Source: Aureliella sp. (GTDB lineage: Bacteria; Planctomycetota; Planctomycetia; Pirellulales; Pirellulaceae). Taken from it: a stretch of 64,000 bases of DNA. Numbering within the stretch: position 1 is the stretch's first letter; every line of letters starts with the position of its first letter. Shown piece after piece: positions 43,054-52,489 of this stretch. The DNA lies in assembly GCA_963691875.1 (NCBI GenBank), contig OY829846.1:2368001-2432000 (forward strand), read 5' to 3'. The notes under the pieces were generated by a model. The model did not search any database and was not told where the DNA came from. It saw only the letters and a list, made by a program, of their open reading frames with translations. The position numbers and the translations under genes are program-made.

Positions 43054-44910
43054 TTAGTTGGCGGTGATGGGCAAGGAACTAATCGCCTGTACCGGAACGA
43101 TCTGCTCCGCAGATGAATCTTTTCGCTCTAGAACGGTATCCACCAAATACAGAAGCAGACGCTGCATGTCTTCCGATTCGATCGTAGCTGCAGCCTCAAG
43201 TGCCCGCTGCTCGTGTTTCTCGATCAGCCGATGAGCTTGCTCGAACACGTTTGCTTGACGATACAAGGCTTCGACACGGCGCAGTTTTTCTGTCTTGCTC
43301 ATTTCGCAATCTGGCCAGGCGAGGCTGAGAAGCTCTGCTTGTTCCTGCTCGTTCAAGTTGGCCAGGGCAAGTGCCCAAAGTAGTGTTGGACGTCCACCGA
43401 GCACATCGCCGCCTGCTTCGAGCTTGTTGTGCTCATCGCCTTCCCAGTCACCAAGATCGTTGAGAATCTGAAAGGCAACACCAATGTTCCTGGCGAAGAT
43501 CCGAATCGGTTCCTCTAACGCAGCAGCATCACCCGCCAGTCGTGCTCCGGTGTAGAGAGCCGCTTCAAAGGCTGGCGAAGTCTTAAGTGCATAAATCTTG
43601 AGTGCATCAATCGGCTTCAATCGTTTTTCTTTGGCATCGCGCCACAGCAGCTCAGAACCTTGTCCCTCAGCCAACCGAGTATGAGCACCAGCGAGACAGT
43701 CCAAAATGTCCGCTGCGCATTGCGCGCCGAGCGTAGCTACATCTCGACTGACCATGCGATAGCCAAGCCCAATCAAGTAGTCGCCGACGTTGATTGCTGT
43801 TGGCAACCCGTATTTGCGGTGCATCGTTGGCTGACCGTATCGATAGCCATCATCGTCTTCGATGTCGTCGTGAATCAAACTCGCTTTGTGGAACATCTCG
43901 ATGCTCATCGCAGCGCGAAGTATCGAATCCGAGTACTCGGCAACTGCTTCAGCTCCCTTTTGACTGGTAGCACTGCCGCCAGACAAAGCGTCGTACGTTG
44001 CCAGAGTCATGAAGGGGCGAGAGTATTTACCTCCGCGAGCGACAAAGTCGAGCCCCAGCGTTTCAGTCGCGGCGATGGGGTCGATGCCTTCAAGTAGCTC
44101 TTTTGTCGAAGCCGACTTGCTTGCACGAGCGCGAGGTGCCAACCGTTCAAAAGTCTCGCCTTGAAACAAATCGTTTGCGGCGCGAAGTAGATGTACATAG
44201 CTGCGCGTGGCTTCGATCGGCTTGTCAGCCTTCGTCAGAACCATATCGCGCACCCAGTCTTCATCGACACTGGTATTGCGACAATCGCTCGACAGGAGAG
44301 GCACAGCCATGCATGGAATTCCGGCCAACAGAATCTTGTCGATCGCTTTTTCCAGAACGTTTAGACAAGCAACACCAACGATGGCATCGACGTAGCCACT
44401 GACGATGATCTTCAAGACCACGGGACTGCCTTCAGCTACAAGGACTTTGTAGCCCATGTCCTCGGCAATCGTGCGAAAGTCAGCGATACTGCAAGCTCCA
44501 CAGGTTTTACAGTTCATGCCAAACTCGTCGTAATCCGCAGGGCAACCCTCCGCATGCTTCAAGCAGTGTGGCAGGAGGAAGAGACGGCGACTCGGGTCTG
44601 TTGCAGCAACTTGATCTTCATAAAACGCGCTGCTGAGCATCACCATCGCCCAGCCAACGTAACTCTCGGGCAGGTCTTCCTCTTCGAGCAGTCGACGAGC
44701 GACGGATTCCATCTCGTCCTTCGTCATCGGCCGGGACCTGTCGAGACGACTAGCCACCTCGCCACACTTGGCCTTCAGCTGTTCTCGCATCTCGCGCGTC
44801 TCAGGCACCAGTTTCAAATGACTGGTCTTCCGACGACGCGATCGGCGCGGGGCTGGAGCTTCCGCTTCGTTAGTTTCCGGCGAAGAGGATTCGATCTGAG
44901 CAGATGACAA
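43054..44910 (-). CDS. DUF116-like Cys-rich domain fused to trans-polyprenyl diphosphate synthase
   Basis: N half: LLPHCL, CKTCGACSI, IVGVAC. C half: GGK..RP, EMFHKASLIHDDIED...R.G.PT.H, AIN.GD, GQ, KT, FQILNDLGD. AGGAG SD with TTG start. Confidence 0.85.
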   Translation of the reverse strand: MSSAQIESSSPETNEAEAPAPRRSRRRKTSHLKLVPETREMREQLKAKCGEVASRLDRSRPMTKDEMESVARRLLEEEDLPESYVGWAMVMLSSAFYEDQVAATDPSRRLFLLPHCLKHAEGCPADYDEFGMNCKTCGACSIADFRTIAEDMGYKVLVAEGSPVVLKIIVSGYVDAIVGVACLNVLEKAIDKILLAGIPCMAVPLLSSDCRNTSVDEDWVRDMVLTKADKPIEATRSYVHLLRAANDLFQGETFERLAPRARASKSASTKELLEGIDPIAATETLGLDFVARGGKYSRPFMTLATYDALSGGSATSQKGAEAVAEYSDSILRAAMSIEMFHKASLIHDDIEDDDGYRYGQPTMHRKYGLPTAINVGDYLIGLGYRMVSRDVATLGAQCAADILDCLAGAHTRLAEGQGSELLWRDAKEKRLKPIDALKIYALKTSPAFEAALYTGARLAGDAAALEEPIRIFARNIGVAFQILNDLGDWEGDEHNKLEAGGDVLGGRPTLLWALALANLNEQEQAELLSLAWPDCEMSKTEKLRRVEALYRQANVFEQAHRLIEKHEQRALEAAATIESEDMQRLLLYLVDTVLERKDSSAEQIVPVQAISSLPITAN

Positions 44911-44988
44911 AGCTGCGGACTCCTGAATATTCGAAAAAGCTCGCGGCGGAGCGCGCGCCTTTTGGTCTAGTGTGTAACCCTCGAATCT

Positions 44989-47070
44989 TCAGGTAGTTCC
45001 GTCTGGATTCTGGGCTAGGGCTGCCCCGAGGGCACCCAGCGAAAAAATCGCTGGGTACAACCGCTCATGGTACCAGAGTTTGGCGAAGTAAAAACCGATC
45101 GGCCAGGACTTTGCTAAACACCCCGAGTCGATGGCTGCAAGTAACCACTTGTACCCCCTCATTATAGTTCGGTCCTCGCAGGCCTGGCCACCACAGGCGA
45201 CAAGTGTCTCCAGCGCAAGGGCGGTTTCTTCCACCGTGCTAAAAACGGTCCCTGCCTCTTTAACGTCGCCGTTCTGCCCCGAATCTTTCGCAAGATCCAC
45301 TTGATAGGCAACACTTGCCCCACCTCCCCAGCCTCCGTCCGGATTTTGCTCGCCCCGCAAGAATTCGATTGATCGCGCCGCCTGAGGGCTCTCCAACAGA
45401 TCTAACTCTGCATAAGCCAGCAGAACTTTTGAAGTCCCATAAACAGGATTGTCCTCCTCACTTCGATCCTGATTGCCAAACCAAAGCGGCAGCCAGCTTC
45501 CGTCTGCCAGTTGAGTCTTTTCGAGATACCTCAAGCCACGCTGGGTGGCCCGTTCGATTTTTGCTCTACTCAGTAAGCTCGGTGTATGGCTCAACGGCTG
45601 CAGCTCTTCAAGTTTTGGCTTCCAAGCGTTTAAAGCCCGCAGAGCGTGAGCCGTTAGATCCGTGCCGCTGCGATCAAAAGGCAACTTGCCCCAGCCTCGG
45701 CAAAAAGTGGGCCACCCGCCGTCGCGATTCTGAAGCTGCAGAAGCCAAGTCAAACCTTTCGCAACCGCAATGTGCCGGTCAGCGATCAACGCACTTTTTT
45801 TTGAAGTGGACGCGCCAGCTTCGTAGCCCTTTTCCCATAGCTGAAGTTTTGACAGGCTCAGAAGTGCTGCTGGTGTGTCGTCCGAATCCGGGACCGCACC
45901 ACTCAAATCCGTCCAGCCCCAGCCACCAGGCCGTGCTCCTGTAAAGGGATGCTTCTGATTGTGCTGGCAGCTGAGAATCCAATCTAGGGTCTTTACGGAG
46001 ATCGCAGGTGGTCGACTCGGGCTTGTTTGCTTGTCATTTTCAGAATCCTGCGGCTCGGTTTCCGAGGCAACGCGCACGCATCCGGTTTTTCGAGATGCTG
46101 CAACCAAACTCAGGTTGGTGACCCATGTGGCCAGATTCGTATCGATGGGCCAACTGTGGTCCTCGAGTTTCGAGTCAAGCAAGAACTTTAAACACTCTTG
46201 TGCTACCGGCAGGTGCCCATTGCCAATGGCCGCTAGATTCATCAGGACGAAACTGGTTAGCGGCGTCGCTTCTAAGTACCCTCCACTCTCTGGCTGCATA
46301 CTGTGAAGCACTCTCAGCGTCGGCTCAACCGCTCGCTTGCGAAGCCAACGCAAGAGCGGATTCTTTGACGGTGCAAAGTGATGGCGGGCTTGACCGATTG
46401 CCACCAAAGCCGGAATGGCATAACTCACCACCGGCATCCGAGCTAAGCGATACCAGTCCTGCGGCAACCATGCGGCCTCAAAGGGCAAGGCAGGAACTTC
46501 TCTCCAGTCAACCAGGCCTGCCAAAGCGCAATTGCTAAGGATCGGCACCACAAAAGTTTTATCCTTGCCATATCGCTTGCGAAGCCCTTCCCACTGCCCT
46601 AGCTCTCTTACATAGTTCCGAGCACGGGACTCTTGCTCCGCGACTTGTTCCTTGAAACCCGTCATGTTCCAGGCCGCTAGGACGAGGTAAGTCGTCGCGA
46701 TGTTGGAATGACTGCGGTTGGTGTCGCCAAAACCTCCATCGATATTCTGATGAGCCGCAAGCCAATTGCAGCCACCGTCGATGGCACACTGAATCTCATC
46801 CTTCTGAGCGGAATCTGATTCAGCATTTTGCATTTGGAACAAAGCACTGATTGCCGAAGCAGTCGACAACGCAGAAGTCGACAACTCGCCTGACCAATGC
46901 GATTGATCTCCGCGTTCGTTCTGCAACCATTCCCAGACCTGGCTCCAACCACGTTCCAATTTATGCTGCAATTCTGCTGCTTCTTCGAATGTGGCGTCCA
47001 AAATGAAACTCTTTGCTTGCGGAACTGATGTACCCCCTGAGGGCGGAGGGGCTGTTTTGTGTCGGGACAA
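44989..47070 (-). CDS. Squalene-hopene-cyclase-like class II terpene cyclase
   Basis: DSDDT general-acid motif (45888-45877); QW repeats QNIDGGFG, QPESGGY, QNRDGGW, QLADGSW, QNPDGGWG. Confidence 0.88.
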   Translation of the reverse strand: MSRHKTAPPPSGGTSVPQAKSFILDATFEEAAELQHKLERGWSQVWEWLQNERGDQSHWSGELSTSALSTASAISALFQMQNAESDSAQKDEIQCAIDGGCNWLAAHQNIDGGFGDTNRSHSNIATTYLVLAAWNMTGFKEQVAEQESRARNYVRELGQWEGLRKRYGKDKTFVVPILSNCALAGLVDWREVPALPFEAAWLPQDWYRLARMPVVSYAIPALVAIGQARHHFAPSKNPLLRWLRKRAVEPTLRVLHSMQPESGGYLEATPLTSFVLMNLAAIGNGHLPVAQECLKFLLDSKLEDHSWPIDTNLATWVTNLSLVAASRKTGCVRVASETEPQDSENDKQTSPSRPPAISVKTLDWILSCQHNQKHPFTGARPGGWGWTDLSGAVPDSDDTPAALLSLSKLQLWEKGYEAGASTSKKSALIADRHIAVAKGLTWLLQLQNRDGGWPTFCRGWGKLPFDRSGTDLTAHALRALNAWKPKLEELQPLSHTPSLLSRAKIERATQRGLRYLEKTQLADGSWLPLWFGNQDRSEEDNPVYGTSKVLLAYAELDLLESPQAARSIEFLRGEQNPDGGWGGGASVAYQVDLAKDSGQNGDVKEAGTVFSTVEETALALETLVACGGQACEDRTIMRGYKWLLAAIDSGCLAKSWPIGFYFAKLWYHERLYPAIFSLGALGAALAQNPDGTT

Positions 47071-47350
47071 TTTCGCCTCAGGAGTAAGTCAAGATACACA
47101 TTGGCGAAGGGAGCCGAACACGGTAGCGACGGTCCTGACTTGGAAAACGCCGTAGCCCCCGTCCGACGCCCCGGCTCACAAATTGAAGCCCTGTAAGCAT
47201 CCCGAGGCTGGGACTACGAACCAATCATGCTCTCGCTAGAATGTAGCGTAACGACAAGCACTGAGAATGGCTGATTCCCAACAGTTTAGTTGGCGACGAT
47301 GGCTGCAAGGCTACTTCTCGAAACGACAGAACCCATAGCAAACGATAACA

Positions 47351-50300
47351 ATGGATCTTGCTGCCAAGCTATCTTCGCTGAAATTTTCTGACAGCGAACA
47401 AGCCCAAAAATCCCTGTCGCAGATCTCCGAACTCGGCGTGCCGCCGGATCTTTTCGAGACATTCGTCGGACAGCTATTAGAACTGCTAGAGAGCTACTCG
47501 GAGCCAGATCGTATCTTGGCGAGCTTACATCGCTATCTAAGCGCTTCCCGTTCGCCACAGTCTTGCCTTGGAATGTTCGAACGAGAACCGGCCGGACTGG
47601 GAACTCTGCTGCAGCTTTTTTCGACCAGCCAGTACGTGGCGGATTTGCTAATTGCTGATCCAGATGCATTTGAAATAGTACGCTTGACTGACGGCCAACC
47701 CGTGGATCGAGCAATTCTCGTGGACGAAATCCTGGCTGAGGTGGTAGCAGCTTCGGATGTAAAATCCGTAATGCGAATTCTGCGCGACTATCGTCACCGC
47801 GAGACACTGCGAATTGCTTACGGAGATTTTATCAACCAGCAGCCGATCGACATCGTGATGGAGCAAATTTCCATCCTTGCCGAATGCCTCATTGAAGCCG
47901 CTTTGGTAGGTGCAGAAAGAGAGCTCCTGCGCCGCGGAAAAAGACGACCAACACAAGCCGACGGCAGCCCAATTGGTTTTGTTGCTCTGGCTCTCGGAAA
48001 ACTTGGCGGCACGGAGCTGAACTACTCCAGTGACATCGACTTGATCTTCTTTCGCGAATCCGTTTTGGCTGGACCGAAGTGGGAGAAACCCAAGTCGTCT
48101 GATGGGCAAGCCACCGAGTACTTCGAGAAGTTTGCACAGCTCGTCATCAAGCTACTCGGCGACTCAACGGCTCAAGGCATCGCCTACCGCGTGGACATGC
48201 GTTTGCGGCCACACGGCCGCAACGGTGCTTTGGTTGTCTCTTACCGACAAGCCATCGACTACTACGACTCGGTCGCCAGAACTTGGGAACGCCAAGCTTT
48301 TGTGAAGGCCCGCGCCATTGCAGGCGACGTGGAACTTGGCCATCGCTTGCTCGACGAACTCGCACCTTGGCTTTATCGTCGATACCTAATGCGAGCCGAC
48401 ATCTCAGGGCTCATTGCATTAAAGCGAAGGATTGAACGACATGCTGCCACTACGGAGCGCAAAAGCCGCAGCGGAGAGCTTGGCGGTATTCGTGGCTCGA
48501 ACTTGAAGCTCGGTTTCGGTGGAATTCGGGATATCGAGTACGCCATTCAGTTCTTGCAACTGTTGCATGGGGCCGAACAACCCGAAGTACGAGCACCAGC
48601 AACGCTCGAGGCCATCGATCGCTTACAAACCGCTGGTTGTATCACCGCTGGTGAGCAAGCGTTGCTGGAGGAGAACTACCGGTTCCTTCGCAAGGTAGAA
48701 CACTACTTGCAGATAATGTTCAACCAACAAACGCATTCGCTGCCCGAAGACGCGGACGAATTCGAGAATCTTGCTTCGCGAATCCAAACCACGGAAGCTT
48801 CACCAGTTGATGCCGCTCACTCACTCAGCGAAAAGCTGGTAGAGTGCACGCGGCAAAACCGTCAGATCCTAGACCACCTGCTGCACAATGCATTTGCAAA
48901 CCACGACGCGGATGAACAGCTGCTTGCGACCGATGAAAGTGACTTGGTTCTCGATCCAGAGCCGAGTCCAGAAGTCATCGAATCCACCCTGGCTCCCTAC
49001 GGTTTTCGCAACTGCGGAGCAGCCTATCGTCACCTGCAAGAATTGGCGGTTGAATCAATTCCTTTTCTTTCCACAAGGCGCAGTCGGCATTTCCTTGCAG
49101 CGATCGCGCCGAAGCTGCTGGCTGCGATAGCAGAAACTCCAGATGCTGATGCGACCCTGATCAGCCTCGCCAATGTCACCGCATCGCTAGGTGGTAAGGC
49201 GGTGCTATGGGAGCTATTTAGTTCCCATCCGCCCACCATGCAACTTTGCCTGCGACTATGCGCAGGCAGCCCGTACCTGAACAGCATCCTGACCAGCAAC
49301 CCAGGCATGATTGACGAGTTGCTGGATTCCTTGATGCTGGATCAATTGCCAAGTCATGAAGAGATGGCAGAGGAGCTCGACACTCTTTGCAGAGGAGCGG
49401 TGGAAGTTGAGCCGATGTTGCACAGTTTTAAGAACTCGATGCACTTAAGCGTTGGCGTGCGAGACATTCTGGGAAAGAGCAAGATTGGTGAAACGCACTC
49501 AACCCTTTCGGACATCGCCGAAGTTTGTTTGGAGCAAGTGATTCATCACGAATTCCATCGCTTGGTGCAAAAGCTGGGCATTCCGATGTTGCAGATGCCC
49601 GTACCTTCCGGAGAGGAACCGGCTGAACTAGTAGTTCTGGCGGTCGGCAAGCTCGGAGGTCGCGAACCGAACTACCACAGCGACATCGATTTGATCTTTT
49701 TGTTTGATGGAGACGGCGAAACGAAGAGTTTAGTTCCCAATCGTCGCTTCGAGCCGACGACCAACCGGCACTTTTTCAATCAACTTTGTCAGCGTGTAAT
49801 TCACTCGGTCACACGCAGTGGGGCGTCGGGGCGTCTCTACGATCTCGATACTCGCCTGCGACCACTTGGAAGAAGTGGCCAACTGGCAATATCCGTCGAT
49901 GACTTGCGCGAGTATTTCGCCTCGGGCCAAGGTCAGATCTGGGAGCGACAGGCGTTATGTAAAGCGCGTCCGATCTGGGGCAACCAAACTGCTCGCACGA
50001 ACGCGATGCAATGCGTCCGAGAGATTTTAACCTCTTTCACTTGGCAACCACAATGCGCACGGGACATCTGGCAGCACCGAATGCAATTGCAAGAAGGAGC
50101 TGCTGTCGACAACTTGAAACGCGGAGTGGGCGGAACAATGGACGTCGAGTTCGTGGTACAGATGTTGCAACTCGCACATGTCGGAACGAATCCAGAAATT
50201 ATGGTGCCGAATACTCTGGAGGCCATTCAACGGCTGCACCAAGCGGAGTTGTTAGATTCTGAAACGGCAGATTCTTTCGATCAAAACTACCGGTTCCTTC

Positions 50301-50533
50301 GGAGTATCGAGTCTGGGATTCGATTAATGAATTTGTCTGCTCGACACGAACTGCCAAAGACGCACGCTGAGCTGGAGCAACTATCGTTCTTGCTCAAATC
50401 GCGTTCCCGAATTGCATTGGAAGCCGACGAGTTGGCTCGACGCTGTGATAAAGTCCGCAATGAATGCCGTAGAATCTTTGAGACTACTTTCGGGAGCTGG
50501 ATGCCTCAGGAAGAGGTTGCCGAAGAATCATAG
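47351..50533 (+). CDS. glnE: Bifunctional glutamine synthetase adenylyltransferase/adenylyl-removing enzyme
   Basis: Two nucleotidyltransferase halves: GKLGGTELNYSSDIDLIF...VDMRLRPHG...WERQA and GKLGGREPNYHSDIDLIF...LDTRLRPLG...WERQA. Confidence 0.95.
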   Translation: MDLAAKLSSLKFSDSEQAQKSLSQISELGVPPDLFETFVGQLLELLESYSEPDRILASLHRYLSASRSPQSCLGMFEREPAGLGTLLQLFSTSQYVADLLIADPDAFEIVRLTDGQPVDRAILVDEILAEVVAASDVKSVMRILRDYRHRETLRIAYGDFINQQPIDIVMEQISILAECLIEAALVGAERELLRRGKRRPTQADGSPIGFVALALGKLGGTELNYSSDIDLIFFRESVLAGPKWEKPKSSDGQATEYFEKFAQLVIKLLGDSTAQGIAYRVDMRLRPHGRNGALVVSYRQAIDYYDSVARTWERQAFVKARAIAGDVELGHRLLDELAPWLYRRYLMRADISGLIALKRRIERHAATTERKSRSGELGGIRGSNLKLGFGGIRDIEYAIQFLQLLHGAEQPEVRAPATLEAIDRLQTAGCITAGEQALLEENYRFLRKVEHYLQIMFNQQTHSLPEDADEFENLASRIQTTEASPVDAAHSLSEKLVECTRQNRQILDHLLHNAFANHDADEQLLATDESDLVLDPEPSPEVIESTLAPYGFRNCGAAYRHLQELAVESIPFLSTRRSRHFLAAIAPKLLAAIAETPDADATLISLANVTASLGGKAVLWELFSSHPPTMQLCLRLCAGSPYLNSILTSNPGMIDELLDSLMLDQLPSHEEMAEELDTLCRGAVEVEPMLHSFKNSMHLSVGVRDILGKSKIGETHSTLSDIAEVCLEQVIHHEFHRLVQKLGIPMLQMPVPSGEEPAELVVLAVGKLGGREPNYHSDIDLIFLFDGDGETKSLVPNRRFEPTTNRHFFNQLCQRVIHSVTRSGASGRLYDLDTRLRPLGRSGQLAISVDDLREYFASGQGQIWERQALCKARPIWGNQTARTNAMQCVREILTSFTWQPQCARDIWQHRMQLQEGAAVDNLKRGVGGTMDVEFVVQMLQLAHVGTNPEIMVPNTLEAIQRLHQAELLDSETADSFDQNYRFLRSIESGIRLMNLSARHELPKTHAELEQLSFLLKSRSRIALEADELARRCDKVRNECRRIFETTFGSWMPQEEVAEES

Positions 50534-50573
50534 GCTTTGTGCGTGAAGAGCCGCTTCAATCTGGGGCAAATCG

Positions 50574-50780
50574 ATGCCAATCATTCATTGCCAAAAGTGC
50601 GGTAACCTGTTTCACTTTCTCGAGCCGACGTCACTCGCAGAAACGGAAGAACGCTTGCCAAGCGACCTAGGTAAGGTTTGCACTGAATGCCAGAAAGCAC
50701 GTGTGCCGGAAACCAGCGACAGAGAAGTGGCAAAGAAAGTGCCAGCAAATGCTGAAAACGCAGACTCACTGTCGATGTAA
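50574..50780 (+). CDS. Small putative zinc-finger protein
   Basis: 68 aa, ATG start 40 nt after glnE; CQKC and CTEC pairs. Confidence 0.5.
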   Translation: MPIIHCQKCGNLFHFLEPTSLAETEERLPSDLGKVCTECQKARVPETSDREVAKKVPANAENADSLSM

Positions 50781-50954
50781 GGATGCGATTCCGGCTGACG
50801 GAGGGACAGAGGAAGCAGCCAAGAAACTCTCGGCAAAACTCACCGAACTGCATGACATGCGCAGTCGTGCCTGCCGTTCTAATCCAGTTACGGTATCAGG
50901 TTTCGCCAGAAATCGTGATCGGCATGTGGGGGGAAGGGCCTCTGACAGATTCCG

Positions 50955-52418
50955 CTACTGGGTTAGAGAAATGAGTTGTGAGCGGATTTTCTCGTTGTCG
51001 GTGATATGGGTATCTAGATGCACTTTAGCGTATCGCAACAAATGACCAGCTAGCTCCTTTGCTACATCCTTGTTCTCCGCCTGAGCGATATGATTCTTGA
51101 GTTCATCAGGATCGACTTTGTGATCAAACAACCAAGCCTCTTCGTTCACAGAGATGACGAGTTTGTAGCGATCTGAGACTGCGGCTACCCAACTGGCTTT
51201 GAGCCCTGCATTACGAAGGATCGTGACGTCATCCCAGCTCTCGTCATCTCCCTGCAGTAAAGGACCGAAGTCTCGGCCTTGTACGCCAACTCCTGCTTCG
51301 TACCCCAGCAGAGGAAGAATTGTCGGCTTGAAATCAACGGTCCCCAAGGCTTGATGAACCACAGTGCCGGGAGCAACCTTTCCAGGAACCATGAGAATCA
51401 TCGGAATCTTGGCTGAGCCTTCGTAGGGATTGCCTTTGTTGAGCTTCCCATGCTCGTAGCACAAATCGCCGTGATCGGACGTGATCACAATCGCCGTACG
51501 GTCCGCAATGCCCAGTGAGGTCAGTTCCGTTCGAATTCGGCCGATGTTGTAGTCGATACACTTGACCATGCCAAAGTACTGAGCCATTTGATCAGCTCGA
51601 AATTCCTTCGGCGAGTTCTTGCCGCCAACCGACGCCCAAGCTGGATTGTCCTTGGCATAGGCGAAAGTCGCGGGAGGACGAATCGCGGTGTCGGTGTACA
51701 TTTCATCATACGGCGCTCGCACCAAGTTTGGACCGTGCGGATCAGGCAGACTCAAGTGATAACAAAATGGTTTGCCTGCGTTTACCTTGATGAATTCGAT
51801 GGCACGATCCGTCAGCCAATCGGTAGCAAATGTCGTCTCATCTGCTTCGGCCAATCCGTAAGATGGCTTCCCCTTGCTGCGAGCTGCGACACGCGGTCCG
51901 TCGGCGGTGAGTTCAAACTTTTTCCAGTGGCCACGATTGAACATGAAACGGTTGTCCTCCAAGCCAAATTTGCGATCTGGTCCCCACTGAGGTTTACCGT
52001 TGCCGTCCAAGTGCCACTTGCCGGCGTAGCCAGTCTGATAACCTTCGTCTTGCAGAACTTTGGCGAAGGTAACCATCTCGTTTTTCATCGGCATGTCGTT
52101 TTGCGGCGAACCAGTGTGCTGCGGATACATTCCCGTGAAGAAGGATGCTCGCGATGGAGTGCACACGGGGCTGGTCGCGTAGAACGACGTGCAGATTGCT
52201 CCAGCCTTGGCAATTGCATCGATGTGAGGCGTGTCCACGACTGCCTCTTTGCCCCAGATAAATGCTTGCTCTTCGGTAAGCGTCTCCCGATAGCAACCAA
52301 GCGTTCGAAAATTATGCTCATCTGTTTGAATGACGAGTAAATTCAAAGGCGGCTCCTCAGCGACCGAACAACTCGCATTCAGAACAAGAATTAGCAGGAC
52401 AGTTACGTTTCTGTGCAT
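50955..52418 (-). CDS. Secreted sulfatase (S1)
   Basis: Signal peptide; NLLVIQTDEH, CTPSRASFFTG, GKWHL, TSDHG. Confidence 0.95.
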   Translation of the reverse strand: MHRNVTVLLILVLNASCSVAEEPPLNLLVIQTDEHNFRTLGCYRETLTEEQAFIWGKEAVVDTPHIDAIAKAGAICTSFYATSPVCTPSRASFFTGMYPQHTGSPQNDMPMKNEMVTFAKVLQDEGYQTGYAGKWHLDGNGKPQWGPDRKFGLEDNRFMFNRGHWKKFELTADGPRVAARSKGKPSYGLAEADETTFATDWLTDRAIEFIKVNAGKPFCYHLSLPDPHGPNLVRAPYDEMYTDTAIRPPATFAYAKDNPAWASVGGKNSPKEFRADQMAQYFGMVKCIDYNIGRIRTELTSLGIADRTAIVITSDHGDLCYEHGKLNKGNPYEGSAKIPMILMVPGKVAPGTVVHQALGTVDFKPTILPLLGYEAGVGVQGRDFGPLLQGDDESWDDVTILRNAGLKASWVAAVSDRYKLVISVNEEAWLFDHKVDPDELKNHIAQAENKDVAKELAGHLLRYAKVHLDTHITDNEKIRSQLISLTQ

Positions 52419-52489
52419 TGGATATCTTGGTTGGTCTTGAGAGGAATGTATTTCGCGATGACTTTGGCGACCTTGAGCGAGATGAATAA

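Noticed and set aside
48674..50301. Exact 17-nt repeat AACTACCGGTTCCTTCG at 48674 and 50285
   Set aside because: Encodes the same NYRFLR motif in the two paralogous halves of GlnE; not a mobile-element or CRISPR repeat
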